Shown here piece by piece: positions 57,333-64,000 of a DNA stretch of 64,000 nt (positions are counted from its first letter, which is position 1; each line of letters begins with the position of its first letter). The notes under the pieces are model-generated. The model searched no databases, was not told the DNA's origin, and saw nothing but the letters and a program-made list of their open reading frames with translations. Source of the stretch: Muribaculaceae bacterium. Lineage in GTDB: Bacteria; Bacteroidota; Bacteroidia; Bacteroidales; Muribaculaceae. Location of the stretch: the NCBI GenBank assembly GCA_009775125.1, contig VSPD01000005.1:6071-70070 (forward strand), read 5' to 3'. The position numbers were made by a program, and so were the translations under genes.

Positions 57333-58241
57333 ATGAAAAAATATATACTCGCCATATGCGCGCTTTCTGCAATTGCCGCAGGAGCAAAGACATACAATTA
57401 CATAACCATCGACCTGGGCGACCGCGTGGTGTCCTATCCCGTAAACCGCGTAGGCAAAATCTCGTTCACCGAAGACGACCTTTCGGCCGAAGCCGACTAT
57501 ACTCTCCGTTACCTCACATTTGAGGATGCCGACTGCAAAAACACCAACTATCTTGGCAACGACGACTGGACGTCGCTCGTGGACTCGCCCCAATACGGCG
57601 GTCCGCAACTCTACGGCCCGGACGGATACGAGAATTCGCCCTATTTCTGGTATGACGAGAACAATACCGAGCTCTTTGCCGCCGTCGACCCTGCCGGCGA
57701 AGGAAACGTGTATTGGAGCGGTGGCGAAGCCGTGTCCAACTACGTAAACTCCAACTACGCCACCGAAACTATCGACTATACCCAGCAACTTGCCTCGCCC
57801 CATGGCGGCCACAACGGTTCGGCCAATTTCTGCGTACATAACGGATATTTCGACGGCGTGTCGTATGGCGTACCGTCGGGCGGCATCGAGTTTGCCGACG
57901 GAGTAGCGCGCACCATCGACCATATGTATGTGTCGCTCAGCGCATACCAGCTTTCCTCCGGCATCTTAGGCACGGCATTCTCCCCGGCAGCATCGGCCAC
58001 CGACTGGGTGAAATTTATCGCCATAGGCACCGATGCCGACGGCAACACCAAGCAAGTTGAAATCACCATGTGCGAAAACGGCAAATTCATTACCGACTGG
58101 GTGCGTTGGGACCTTGCCGAGCTTGGCGACATCGTGCGCCTCGACTTCAACATTACATCGTCGATGACAGGAACATACGGCATGACATTCCCCGGCTATA
58201 TTCTCTACGACGACATTGCCGTACGCTTTCCCAAAGAATAA
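57333..58241 (+). CDS. Secreted protein, possibly DUF4465/BtuH-type corrinoid-locus protein
   Basis: Signal peptide present. Motifs YLTFEDAD, SLVDSPQYGG, YFWYDE and YWSGGEAVSNY resemble, from memory, the DUF4465 family found in Bacteroidetes B12 loci. The assignment is tentative. Confidence 0.5.
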   Translation: MKKYILAICALSAIAAGAKTYNYITIDLGDRVVSYPVNRVGKISFTEDDLSAEADYTLRYLTFEDADCKNTNYLGNDDWTSLVDSPQYGGPQLYGPDGYENSPYFWYDENNTELFAAVDPAGEGNVYWSGGEAVSNYVNSNYATETIDYTQQLASPHGGHNGSANFCVHNGYFDGVSYGVPSGGIEFADGVARTIDHMYVSLSAYQLSSGILGTAFSPAASATDWVKFIAIGTDADGNTKQVEITMCENGKFITDWVRWDLAELGDIVRLDFNITSSMTGTYGMTFPGYILYDDIAVRFPKE

Positions 58242-58607
58242 GAGTGTGTCTCATAACAAATGTTAAAATGAGGGTCCGGTCTTTCGGTGCGGATTTTTCA
58301 GTGCAGTTTCAGGAGTGTACTGGATGTACACGACTGAAACAAAGTGGAAAAGACGCCCGAAAGACCGGCTGAAAGGTAACTTCACTGCATTTTAGGCACA
58401 TTGAATGGAAAAGTGTAAATGATATTTTCAACTTATTTAAAAACTTAAAATATGTCAATTAACAAATCTTTATTCTGGCGGCTTCTCTTTGGCGCTTTTT
58501 GTGTAACTCTTCGGTCATGTGGCTACTGCCACACTCCCTCATCGTTACGCAAAAATCCCTCAAAGATAAGCCGCCCTCGTTTTAACATTTGTTATGAGAC
58601 ACACTCT
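58241..58607. mobile_element. MITE-like element 1 (367 bp, 34-bp terminal inverted repeats)
   Basis: AGAGTGTGTCTCATAACAAATGTTAAAATGAGGG at 58241-58274. The reverse complement of 58574-58607 is identical except for one base. The interior is AT-rich and non-coding with a long imperfect hairpin. It exactly fills the gap between a stop codon and the next ATG. Confidence 0.8.
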
Positions 58608-58609
58608 AA

Positions 58610-59572
58610 ATGAAAATCAGACACTGCATACCTCTTATCGCCCTTGCGTTTGCCGCATGCAACAAGGATGAGGTGATTATCGACAACGGAGCCGGACCCG
58701 GACCCGACACCCCCGATGCGAAAGGTTCTCCTTGGCAGACATCCGTGTTTGAATACACGCCTGCGCCGGGCCAGTTTATCAACGAGACTAAGACGGGTGG
58801 TTTCTCCGGCAACGAGTTCACCCCGGCCGAGGCTGCCGCTTACGCCCTCGACCGATTGAAAAACCGGCGCTTCGTATCGCTCGGAGCCTTCGGAGGATAT
58901 ATTGTGGTGGGATTCGACCACAGCATACGCAACACCGACGCCGAATGGGACTTCATCATTGAAGGAAATGCCTTCGACAACAACCGTGATTCATCCAACG
59001 AACCCGGCGTGGTATGGGTGATGCAGGATACCAACGGCAACGGCCTACCCGACGACACGTGGTATCAACTTGCCGGATCGGAAACCGGCCCGGCCACCAC
59101 TCTTGAAAACTATTCCGTGACCTATACGCGCCCAGAGGACGGACACGATGTGGAATGGATTGGCTCCGACGGCGAGACGGGAGCAGTGAAATATCTGAAA
59201 TCACAGCACAACCAGCCGTCGTATTACCCGGCATGGATCGAAGCCGACACCTATACCCTCACAGGTACACGCCTGCCGGCTCGGAACTATCGCAACGAGG
59301 CAGGCAACTGGGCGAACCCGCCTTTTGCTTGGGGATATGCCGATAATATCGGCTCCGACGCCTACGTATCGGCCATAACCGAGCAACTCTTCGGACAGTT
59401 CACCGGCTTCGAAATCGACAACGCCATAGATGCCGACGGCAAGCCCGTGACACTCAAAGCCATCGACTTCATAAAAGTGCAAAGTGCGGTCATGGCTCAA
59501 TCCGGCTGGATCGGGGAAAATTCGTGTGAAGTATTATCCTTTATAGATTTTGCCTTGATCGACAACATTTAA
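58610..59572 (+). CDS. Hypothetical surface lipoprotein of the B12-type locus
   Basis: Lipobox AFAAC (MKIRHCIPLIALAFAACNKDE). 320 aa, no catalytic motif recognised. Confidence 0.6.
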   Translation: MKIRHCIPLIALAFAACNKDEVIIDNGAGPGPDTPDAKGSPWQTSVFEYTPAPGQFINETKTGGFSGNEFTPAEAAAYALDRLKNRRFVSLGAFGGYIVVGFDHSIRNTDAEWDFIIEGNAFDNNRDSSNEPGVVWVMQDTNGNGLPDDTWYQLAGSETGPATTLENYSVTYTRPEDGHDVEWIGSDGETGAVKYLKSQHNQPSYYPAWIEADTYTLTGTRLPARNYRNEAGNWANPPFAWGYADNIGSDAYVSAITEQLFGQFTGFEIDNAIDADGKPVTLKAIDFIKVQSAVMAQSGWIGENSCEVLSFIDFALIDNI

Positions 59573-59591
59573 TTCAAATTTTCTGCCCTTT

Positions 59592-59629
59592 CCCCGATGC
59601 CGCCCCCAACGGTGGCACCGGGGATTTTT
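59592..59629 (+). terminator. Intrinsic terminator
   Basis: CCCCGATGCCGCC-cccaac-GGTGGCACCGGGG followed by ATTTTT, 20 nt after the stop at 59572. Confidence 0.7.
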
Positions 59630-59630
59630 C

Positions 59631-59830
59631 AATAAGTAGATGTTAAAAATTAACAGACAATATATTCGAGATGATTTTTGAGGCGATTTCTTCCGAGGAG
59701 GAAGGAGCGTAGCGAGCTACGTGACTGACGATGAGAAAGAAAGCGGCCAAAAAGCATCCGAAGATATGGCTGTTGAAATGAAACAACATCTGCTTGTAAA
59801 TATGAATTAATTTTTAACATCTACTTAATT
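59631..59830. mobile_element. MITE-like element 2 (~200 bp, ~22-bp terminal inverted repeats)
   Basis: AATAAGTAGATGTTAAAAATTAA at 59631-59653 versus TTAATTTTTAACATCTACTTAATT at 59807-59830. Its TIR shares the ATGTTAAAA core with element 1. The interior contains the hairpin GCGTAGC-GA-GCTACG within GGAGCGTAGCG. Confidence 0.75.
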
Positions 59831-59859
59831 GCGTAATTATGCGTATATTTGCACATAAT

Positions 59860-60050
59860 GTCTCCGTAGGAGACAAAGATTGTAACGCGGGGCGATAGCC
59901 CCGGGTATTTTTTGCAGATGCAGGCCGACCGGTTTACCGGTCGAACATATTATTTAACCGAGTTCGACCGGTAAACCGGTCGCTTCCAAAACGTCAATTC
60001 GAATCCCGGGGCTGTCGCCCCGCGCTACACTATTCGTCTCCTACGGAGAC
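59860..60050. repeat. Palindromic array of three REP-type hairpins (R1-R2-R3 / R3'-R2'-R1') upstream of the Y1 transposase gene
   Basis: R1 is GTCTCC-GTA-GGAGAC (59860-59874 and 60036-60050). R2 is CGCGGGGCGATAGCCCCGGG (59887-59906) and CCCGGGGCTGTCGCCCCGCG (60005-60024). R3 is CGACCGGTTTACCGGTCGAAC (59926-59946) and GTTCGACCGGTAAACCGGTCG (59962-59982). The modules are conserved but the spacers are not. Confidence 0.9.
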
Positions 60051-60067
60051 ACACATATCCCCGATAT

Positions 60068-60529
60068 ATGGCAAATACTTATACTCAGATATACATTCAT
60101 TTAATCTTTGCGATTAAAAGCCGTGGAGCCGCTATACATCCTTCATGGGCCAATCGCCTTTATTCATATATCGGTACTGTAATTACGAACAAAGGGTGCA
60201 CACCTATTCAAATTGGGGGGATGCCCGATCATATTCATATACTAATGGGGCTAAACCCATCATGCGCGGTATCCGACTTGGTAAAAGACATTAAACTGTC
60301 TTCATCTGCGTGGATTAAAGATAACCATCTCATACCATGTCGGTTTTATTGGCAGGAAGGCTACGGCTGTTTCAGTGTTTCAGCATCTGTGGTTCAGGCA
60401 ACAAAAGCATATATAGCCAATCAGCCCCAACACCATTTGAAAAAAGGGTTGCTTGATGAATATATGGAATTTCTTACCCGATACGATATTGATTTTGATT
60501 CGAAATATATTTTTACAGAACCACAGTAG
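60068..60529 (+). CDS. IS200/IS605-type Y1 (HUH) transposase, REP-associated tyrosine transposase (RAYT)-like
   Basis: 153 aa. MANTYTQIYIHLIFAIK, HUH motif PDHIHIL, catalytic-Tyr region WQEGYGCFSV, and YIANQPQHH. The gene is AT-rich relative to its flanks and is preceded by the REP-type hairpin array. Confidence 0.85.
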   Translation: MANTYTQIYIHLIFAIKSRGAAIHPSWANRLYSYIGTVITNKGCTPIQIGGMPDHIHILMGLNPSCAVSDLVKDIKLSSSAWIKDNHLIPCRFYWQEGYGCFSVSASVVQATKAYIANQPQHHLKKGLLDEYMEFLTRYDIDFDSKYIFTEPQ

Positions 60530-60541
60530 AATTAAACCATA

Positions 60542-61600
60542 ATGTTACACAGGACTTTGGCATTTTTATTCATGGTCTCGGCTTTGGCATCGTGCATGAA
60601 ATGGGATTATGTCGACCCGGAGGAAATCCAAACCGACGGACACGGCCTGTTTATAATAAACGAGGGCAATTTCCAATACGGCAATGCCTCGCTGTGCTAC
60701 TACGACCCGGCCACGAAGGAGGTGCAAACCGAGATTTTCCTCCGTGCCAACGGCTTCAAGCTCGGCGACGTGGCCCAGTCGATGACCGTGCGCGACGGAC
60801 GCGGATGGATTGTGGTGAACAACAGCCATGTAATTTTCGCAATAGATGCCGACAACTGCCGCGAAACCGGCCGCATCGAGGGGTTCACGTCGCCACGCTA
60901 TATCCATTTCGTGTCCGACGACAAGGCTTATGTGTCGCAGATATGGGACAACCGTATTGCCATTGTCGACCCTCGCCGATATGAAATAACGGGGTATATC
61001 GAAGTACCCGACATGGCCATGGCTTCCGGATCGACCGAGCAAATGGTGCAGATAGGGCAATATGTATATTGCAACTGTTTCAGCTACCAAAACCGCATTA
61101 TCAAAATCGATACCGCCACCGACCGTGTCGTGGCATCGCTCACAGTAGGCATCCAGCCTCAGTCGCTCGTGGCCGACGCCTACGGCAAGTTATGGACGAT
61201 ATGCAACGGCGGATTCGAGGATTCGCCCTATGGCTATGAGACACCTGCTCTTTACCGTATCGACCCGCAGACATTTTCAGTAGAGGCGAAATTTGAATTT
61301 GCCCTGGGCGACAACCCTTCGGAACTTTGTACAAACGGCGACGGCACACGTTTGTTCTGGCTCAATGACGACCTTTGGCAGATGGCCGCCTCGGCTCCTC
61401 GCCTACCCTTCACTCCTCTTATCGAGTCGCGCGGAACGATTTACTACGGCCTTACCGTCGACCCTGCCTGCGGCGACATTTACATTGCCGACGCCATCGA
61501 CTATCAGCAGCCCGGCAAAATCTACCGCTACGACAGCCACGCACGCCTCCTCGACGAATTCTACGCCGGAATCACCCCCGGAGCCTTCGCCTTTAAATAA
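60542..61600 (+). CDS. YncE/BtuG-like beta-propeller surface lipoprotein
   Basis: Lipobox LASC. It has repeated blade-like segments (GLFIINEGNF, GWIVVNNSHVIFAID, AYVSQIWDNRIAIVD, LWTICNGG, GDIYIADAIDY). It lies directly upstream of a TonB-dependent receptor in a riboswitch locus. Confidence 0.6.
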   Translation: MLHRTLAFLFMVSALASCMKWDYVDPEEIQTDGHGLFIINEGNFQYGNASLCYYDPATKEVQTEIFLRANGFKLGDVAQSMTVRDGRGWIVVNNSHVIFAIDADNCRETGRIEGFTSPRYIHFVSDDKAYVSQIWDNRIAIVDPRRYEITGYIEVPDMAMASGSTEQMVQIGQYVYCNCFSYQNRIIKIDTATDRVVASLTVGIQPQSLVADAYGKLWTICNGGFEDSPYGYETPALYRIDPQTFSVEAKFEFALGDNPSELCTNGDGTRLFWLNDDLWQMAASAPRLPFTPLIESRGTIYYGLTVDPACGDIYIADAIDYQQPGKIYRYDSHARLLDEFYAGITPGAFAFK

Positions 61601-61619
61601 ATGCACGATGCACGAATTC

Positions 61620-63731
61620 ATGAAAACATATGATATATGTAGGGACGCACGGCTCGTGCGTCCGCAAATAACACAAAGAGTTTCACAGGACGCACGAGCC
61701 GTGCGTCCCTACACTCTAAAATTATGCCTTATATTTTTGTGCATCGTGCATTGTGCATCGTGCATTGCGCAACGGTCGTTGCGCGAGGTGACGGTAATCG
61801 GGCGCAGGCCGATGAGGGAGATTGGCGTGCAGAAGACACGGTTCGACTCGCTTGCGCTGAAAGAGAATGTGGCTCTGTCGATGGCCGACGTGCTTACATA
61901 TAATTCGGGAATTTTTGTGAAGAGCTACGGACGAGCCACGCTCTCCACCGTGGCATTCCGCGGCACAAGCCCCAGCCACACGCAGGTGACATGGAACGGG
62001 CTTAATATCAACAGCCCGATGCTTGGCATGACTGATTTTTCGACTATCCCAAGTTATTTTGTGGATAATGCCTCGCTGCTTCACGGCTCATCGTCGGTGG
62101 GAGAGACCGGCGGAGGCCTCGGCGGACTTGTGCGCCTTGGCACAGCAGCCGACGCGCCCGACGGGTTTCACGGCCAATATGTGCAAGGGATAGGGTCTTT
62201 CTCCACTTTTGACGAATATCTCCGGCTCACGTTCCACAACGAGAGATGGACGTCGTCGACGCGTGTGGTCTATTCTTCGTCGCCAAACGACTATAAATAT
62301 ACCAACCACGACAAAAAAGTGAATATCTACGACGACAACCATAATATCGTCGGGCAATATCACCCGACGGAGCGCAATGTGTCGGGGGCGTTCAAGGATT
62401 TTCACGCTTTGCAGGAGGTGTACTACGACGACCAAAACGGCAACCGCCTCGGACTTAACGCCTGGTATATCAATTCCAACCGCGAGCTGCCGATACTCAC
62501 CACCGACTATGCCGACACCGACTTCGACAACCGCCAGCGCGAGCAGACCCTCCGCACGGTATTGTCGTGGGGGCACAACCGGGGCCGGGGCTGGAATACC
62601 GACATACGCGGCGGATATGTCTACACCGCGTTGGCCTACGACTACAAGCGGGCTGTGGGCGGCGAAGGCCCAATGGCTGTGATGACGCGCTCGCGCTCGT
62701 ATGTCAACACGTTTTTTGGCAGGGCCGAGGGAAATATTTATACCCGCGACCGCCGCTGGCTTTTCACCGCCAACATATCGGCCCACCAAAATCTGGTGCG
62801 GGCCCATGATAAAAATATAGTGACGACCGACGGAAACGATGCTATCGTAGGCTACGACAAAGGGCGCATCGACTTATCCGGCGCCGTGTCGGCCAAGTGG
62901 CAGCCAAACTCGCGTCTTGGCATGTCGGTGGTGCTTCGCCGGGAAATGTCGGGCACGAAATGGGCGCCGATTATTCCAGCGTTTTTCATCGACGGGGTGA
63001 TTTCGCGCAAGGGCAATGTAATGGCCCGGGCTTCGGTAAGCCGAAACTACCGTTTTCCATCGCTCAACGACATGTATTTTATGCCCGGAGGTAATCCAGA
63101 CCTGAAAAGCGAAAGCGGTTTCTCCTACGACGCCGGCATCAGTTTCGACATCGGCCGGTCGCATGTATATGCCTTGTCGGGGTCGGTGACATGGTTTGAT
63201 TCGTATATCGACGACTGGATTCTGTGGCTTCCCACCACAAAAGGGTTTTTCTCGCCTCGAAATGTAAAGGAAGTGCATGCCTACGGCATCGAGACTAAGG
63301 CAGAGCTGTCGGTGCAACTGCGCAGCGACTTGCTTCTCGACCTCAACGGCTCGCTGTCGTGGACACCGTCGGTAAACCGTGGCGAGCCCATGACCGAGGC
63401 CGACAAGTCTGTCGGCAAACAGCTGCCATACGTGCCTCGCACATCGGCTTCGCTGACAGGCCGGCTTACATGGCGCACATGGAGTTTTCTTTACAAATGG
63501 GCGCACTATTCCCGCCGATTCACCATGAGCAGCAACGAGTCTACATTGACAGGACACCTGCCCCCCTACTACATGAGCAACATCGTGTTGGGTAAAAAAA
63601 TAGCCCTGCGAAACGTAGGGCTCGACTTCAAACTTGCTGTCAATAATTTGTTCAACGAGGACTATCTCTCTGTGCTGTCGCGCCCTATGCCGGGCATCAA
63701 TTTCGAGCTGTTTATCGGCATCTCGATTTGA
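61620..63731 (+). CDS. TonB-dependent outer-membrane receptor (BtuB-like); start codon uncertain
   Basis: Plug region REVTVIGRRPMREIGVQKTRFD...VAFRGTSPSHTQVTWNGLNINSPMLG, then a barrel to 63731. The only in-frame ATGs (61608, 61620) precede the REP doublet. In-frame TTG (61737) and GTG (61746) follow it. Confidence 0.8.
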   Translation: MKTYDICRDARLVRPQITQRVSQDARAVRPYTLKLCLIFLCIVHCASCIAQRSLREVTVIGRRPMREIGVQKTRFDSLALKENVALSMADVLTYNSGIFVKSYGRATLSTVAFRGTSPSHTQVTWNGLNINSPMLGMTDFSTIPSYFVDNASLLHGSSSVGETGGGLGGLVRLGTAADAPDGFHGQYVQGIGSFSTFDEYLRLTFHNERWTSSTRVVYSSSPNDYKYTNHDKKVNIYDDNHNIVGQYHPTERNVSGAFKDFHALQEVYYDDQNGNRLGLNAWYINSNRELPILTTDYADTDFDNRQREQTLRTVLSWGHNRGRGWNTDIRGGYVYTALAYDYKRAVGGEGPMAVMTRSRSYVNTFFGRAEGNIYTRDRRWLFTANISAHQNLVRAHDKNIVTTDGNDAIVGYDKGRIDLSGAVSAKWQPNSRLGMSVVLRREMSGTKWAPIIPAFFIDGVISRKGNVMARASVSRNYRFPSLNDMYFMPGGNPDLKSESGFSYDAGISFDIGRSHVYALSGSVTWFDSYIDDWILWLPTTKGFFSPRNVKEVHAYGIETKAELSVQLRSDLLLDLNGSLSWTPSVNRGEPMTEADKSVGKQLPYVPRTSASLTGRLTWRTWSFLYKWAHYSRRFTMSSNESTLTGHLPPYYMSNIVLGKKIALRNVGLDFKLAVNNLFNEDYLSVLSRPMPGINFELFIGISI
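61638..61713. repeat. REP-A doublet lying inside the 5' end of the TonB-dependent receptor reading frame
   Basis: TGTAGGGACGCACGGCTCGTGCGTCC (61638-61663) and its exact reverse complement (61688-61713). The doublet is itself flanked by inverted ATGCACGATGCAC words (61601-61615 and 61740-61768). Confidence 0.92.
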
Positions 63732-63745
63732 ATACAAGCGGGGAG

Positions 63746-64000
63746 TTACGACATCTGCACTTCGGTTATATCGACAAGTTTGGTCACGATAGCATAGATT
63801 GTGAGACCGGCCGGAGAATGTATTTCGAGCTTGGAAGCGATATTGCGCCGATGTGTCATCACGGTATTTACCGACACATGAAGCACTTCGGCTATTTCCT
63901 TGTTCGACAGGCCCTTGGCAATGCCAACCACAATCTCGCGCTCGCGCATAGTAAGCTCGGGATAGTCGTCGGCGGTGTCGGTGACAAGATATTTGCGGAG
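63746..64000 (-). CDS. LuxR-family HTH transcription regulator (C-terminal part; gene runs off the right edge)
   Basis: LTMREREIVVGIAKGLSNKEIAEVLHVSVNTVMTHRRNIASKL is a LuxR/GerE-type HTH. The frame stays open upstream to position 64000. Confidence 0.75.
   Translation of the reverse strand, partial: LRKYLVTDTADDYPELTMREREIVVGIAKGLSNKEIAEVLHVSVNTVMTHRRNIASKLEIHSPAGLTIYAIVTKLVDITEVQMS

Noticed and set aside
59990-60026. tRNA-like T-arm sequence (TTCGAATCCCGGGG)
   Set aside because: No acceptor stem, D-arm or anticodon arm can be drawn around it. It is the spacer plus R2 hairpin of the palindromic REP array.
61293-61619. Upstream extension of the TonB-dependent receptor ORF (track start 61293)
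   Set aside because: This part overlaps about 300 nt of the well-supported beta-propeller lipoprotein gene in another frame and has Pro/Thr/Ser-rich nonsense composition. The start was moved to 61620 or later.
1-64000. Prophage, integrative element, restriction-modification or CRISPR-Cas defence island
   Set aside because: No integrase, recombinase, phage structural, methyltransferase/endonuclease pair or cas-like ORF was recognised. The only transposase-type gene is the small Y1 (RAYT-like) ORF at 60068-60529.

Overview
The window looks like a chromosomal segment of a Bacteroidota (Bacteroidales-type) genome. The evidence is SusC/SusD pairs, an ECF sigma/FecR/STN-SusC module, several proteins ending in T9SS C-terminal sorting domains, TTTG...TAnnTTTG promoter boxes, and G-poor leaders without Shine-Dalgarno sequences. 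No rRNA, tRNA, CRISPR array, integrase or prophage was seen.

Layout:
- 1-29,972: mostly housekeeping genes (rlmN, coaX, lptC-like, CNNM/CBS GldE-like, ftsK, rpe, dedA, cstA, PHP phosphatase, priA, relA/spoT, clpP-clpX, recQ, an AmgK-like/MurU-like pair, a Pif1-like helicase, msrAB).
- 4,700-6,031: an AT-rich islet inside that block, carrying a DUF3791-DUF3990-DUF3791 triplet.
- 30,047-32,666: a translationally coupled trio of an orphan adenylation domain, a GNAT and an esterase.
- 32,806-51,935: a large sigma/anti-sigma-controlled polysaccharide-utilisation-type locus.
- 53,055-56,237 (minus strand): a T9SS-sorted CotH/discoidin giant protein.
- 56,532-63,731: a cobalamin-riboswitch-led B12-type uptake locus.

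Most interesting observations:
1. The PUL enzyme set is an EEP phosphodiesterase-fold protein, a GDPD-SGNH fusion, an OPA/GlpT-type antiporter, a secreted GH65, a YdjC deacetylase and a Gfo/Idh/MocA enzyme. This points to a phosphodiester-linked, teichoic-acid-like glycan as substrate. That is inference only.
2. The B12 locus has been colonised by four different repeat or mobile insertions. They include an IS200-like Y1 (RAYT-type) transposase preceded by a palindromic array of three hairpin types.
3. At least three further dispersed hairpin-repeat families occur in the window. Two have GTAG-type heads. One shows compensatory stem changes between copies.
4. An APH-type sugar kinase is fused to a RapZ C-terminal domain.

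All functional calls come from reading motifs by eye. No searches were run.
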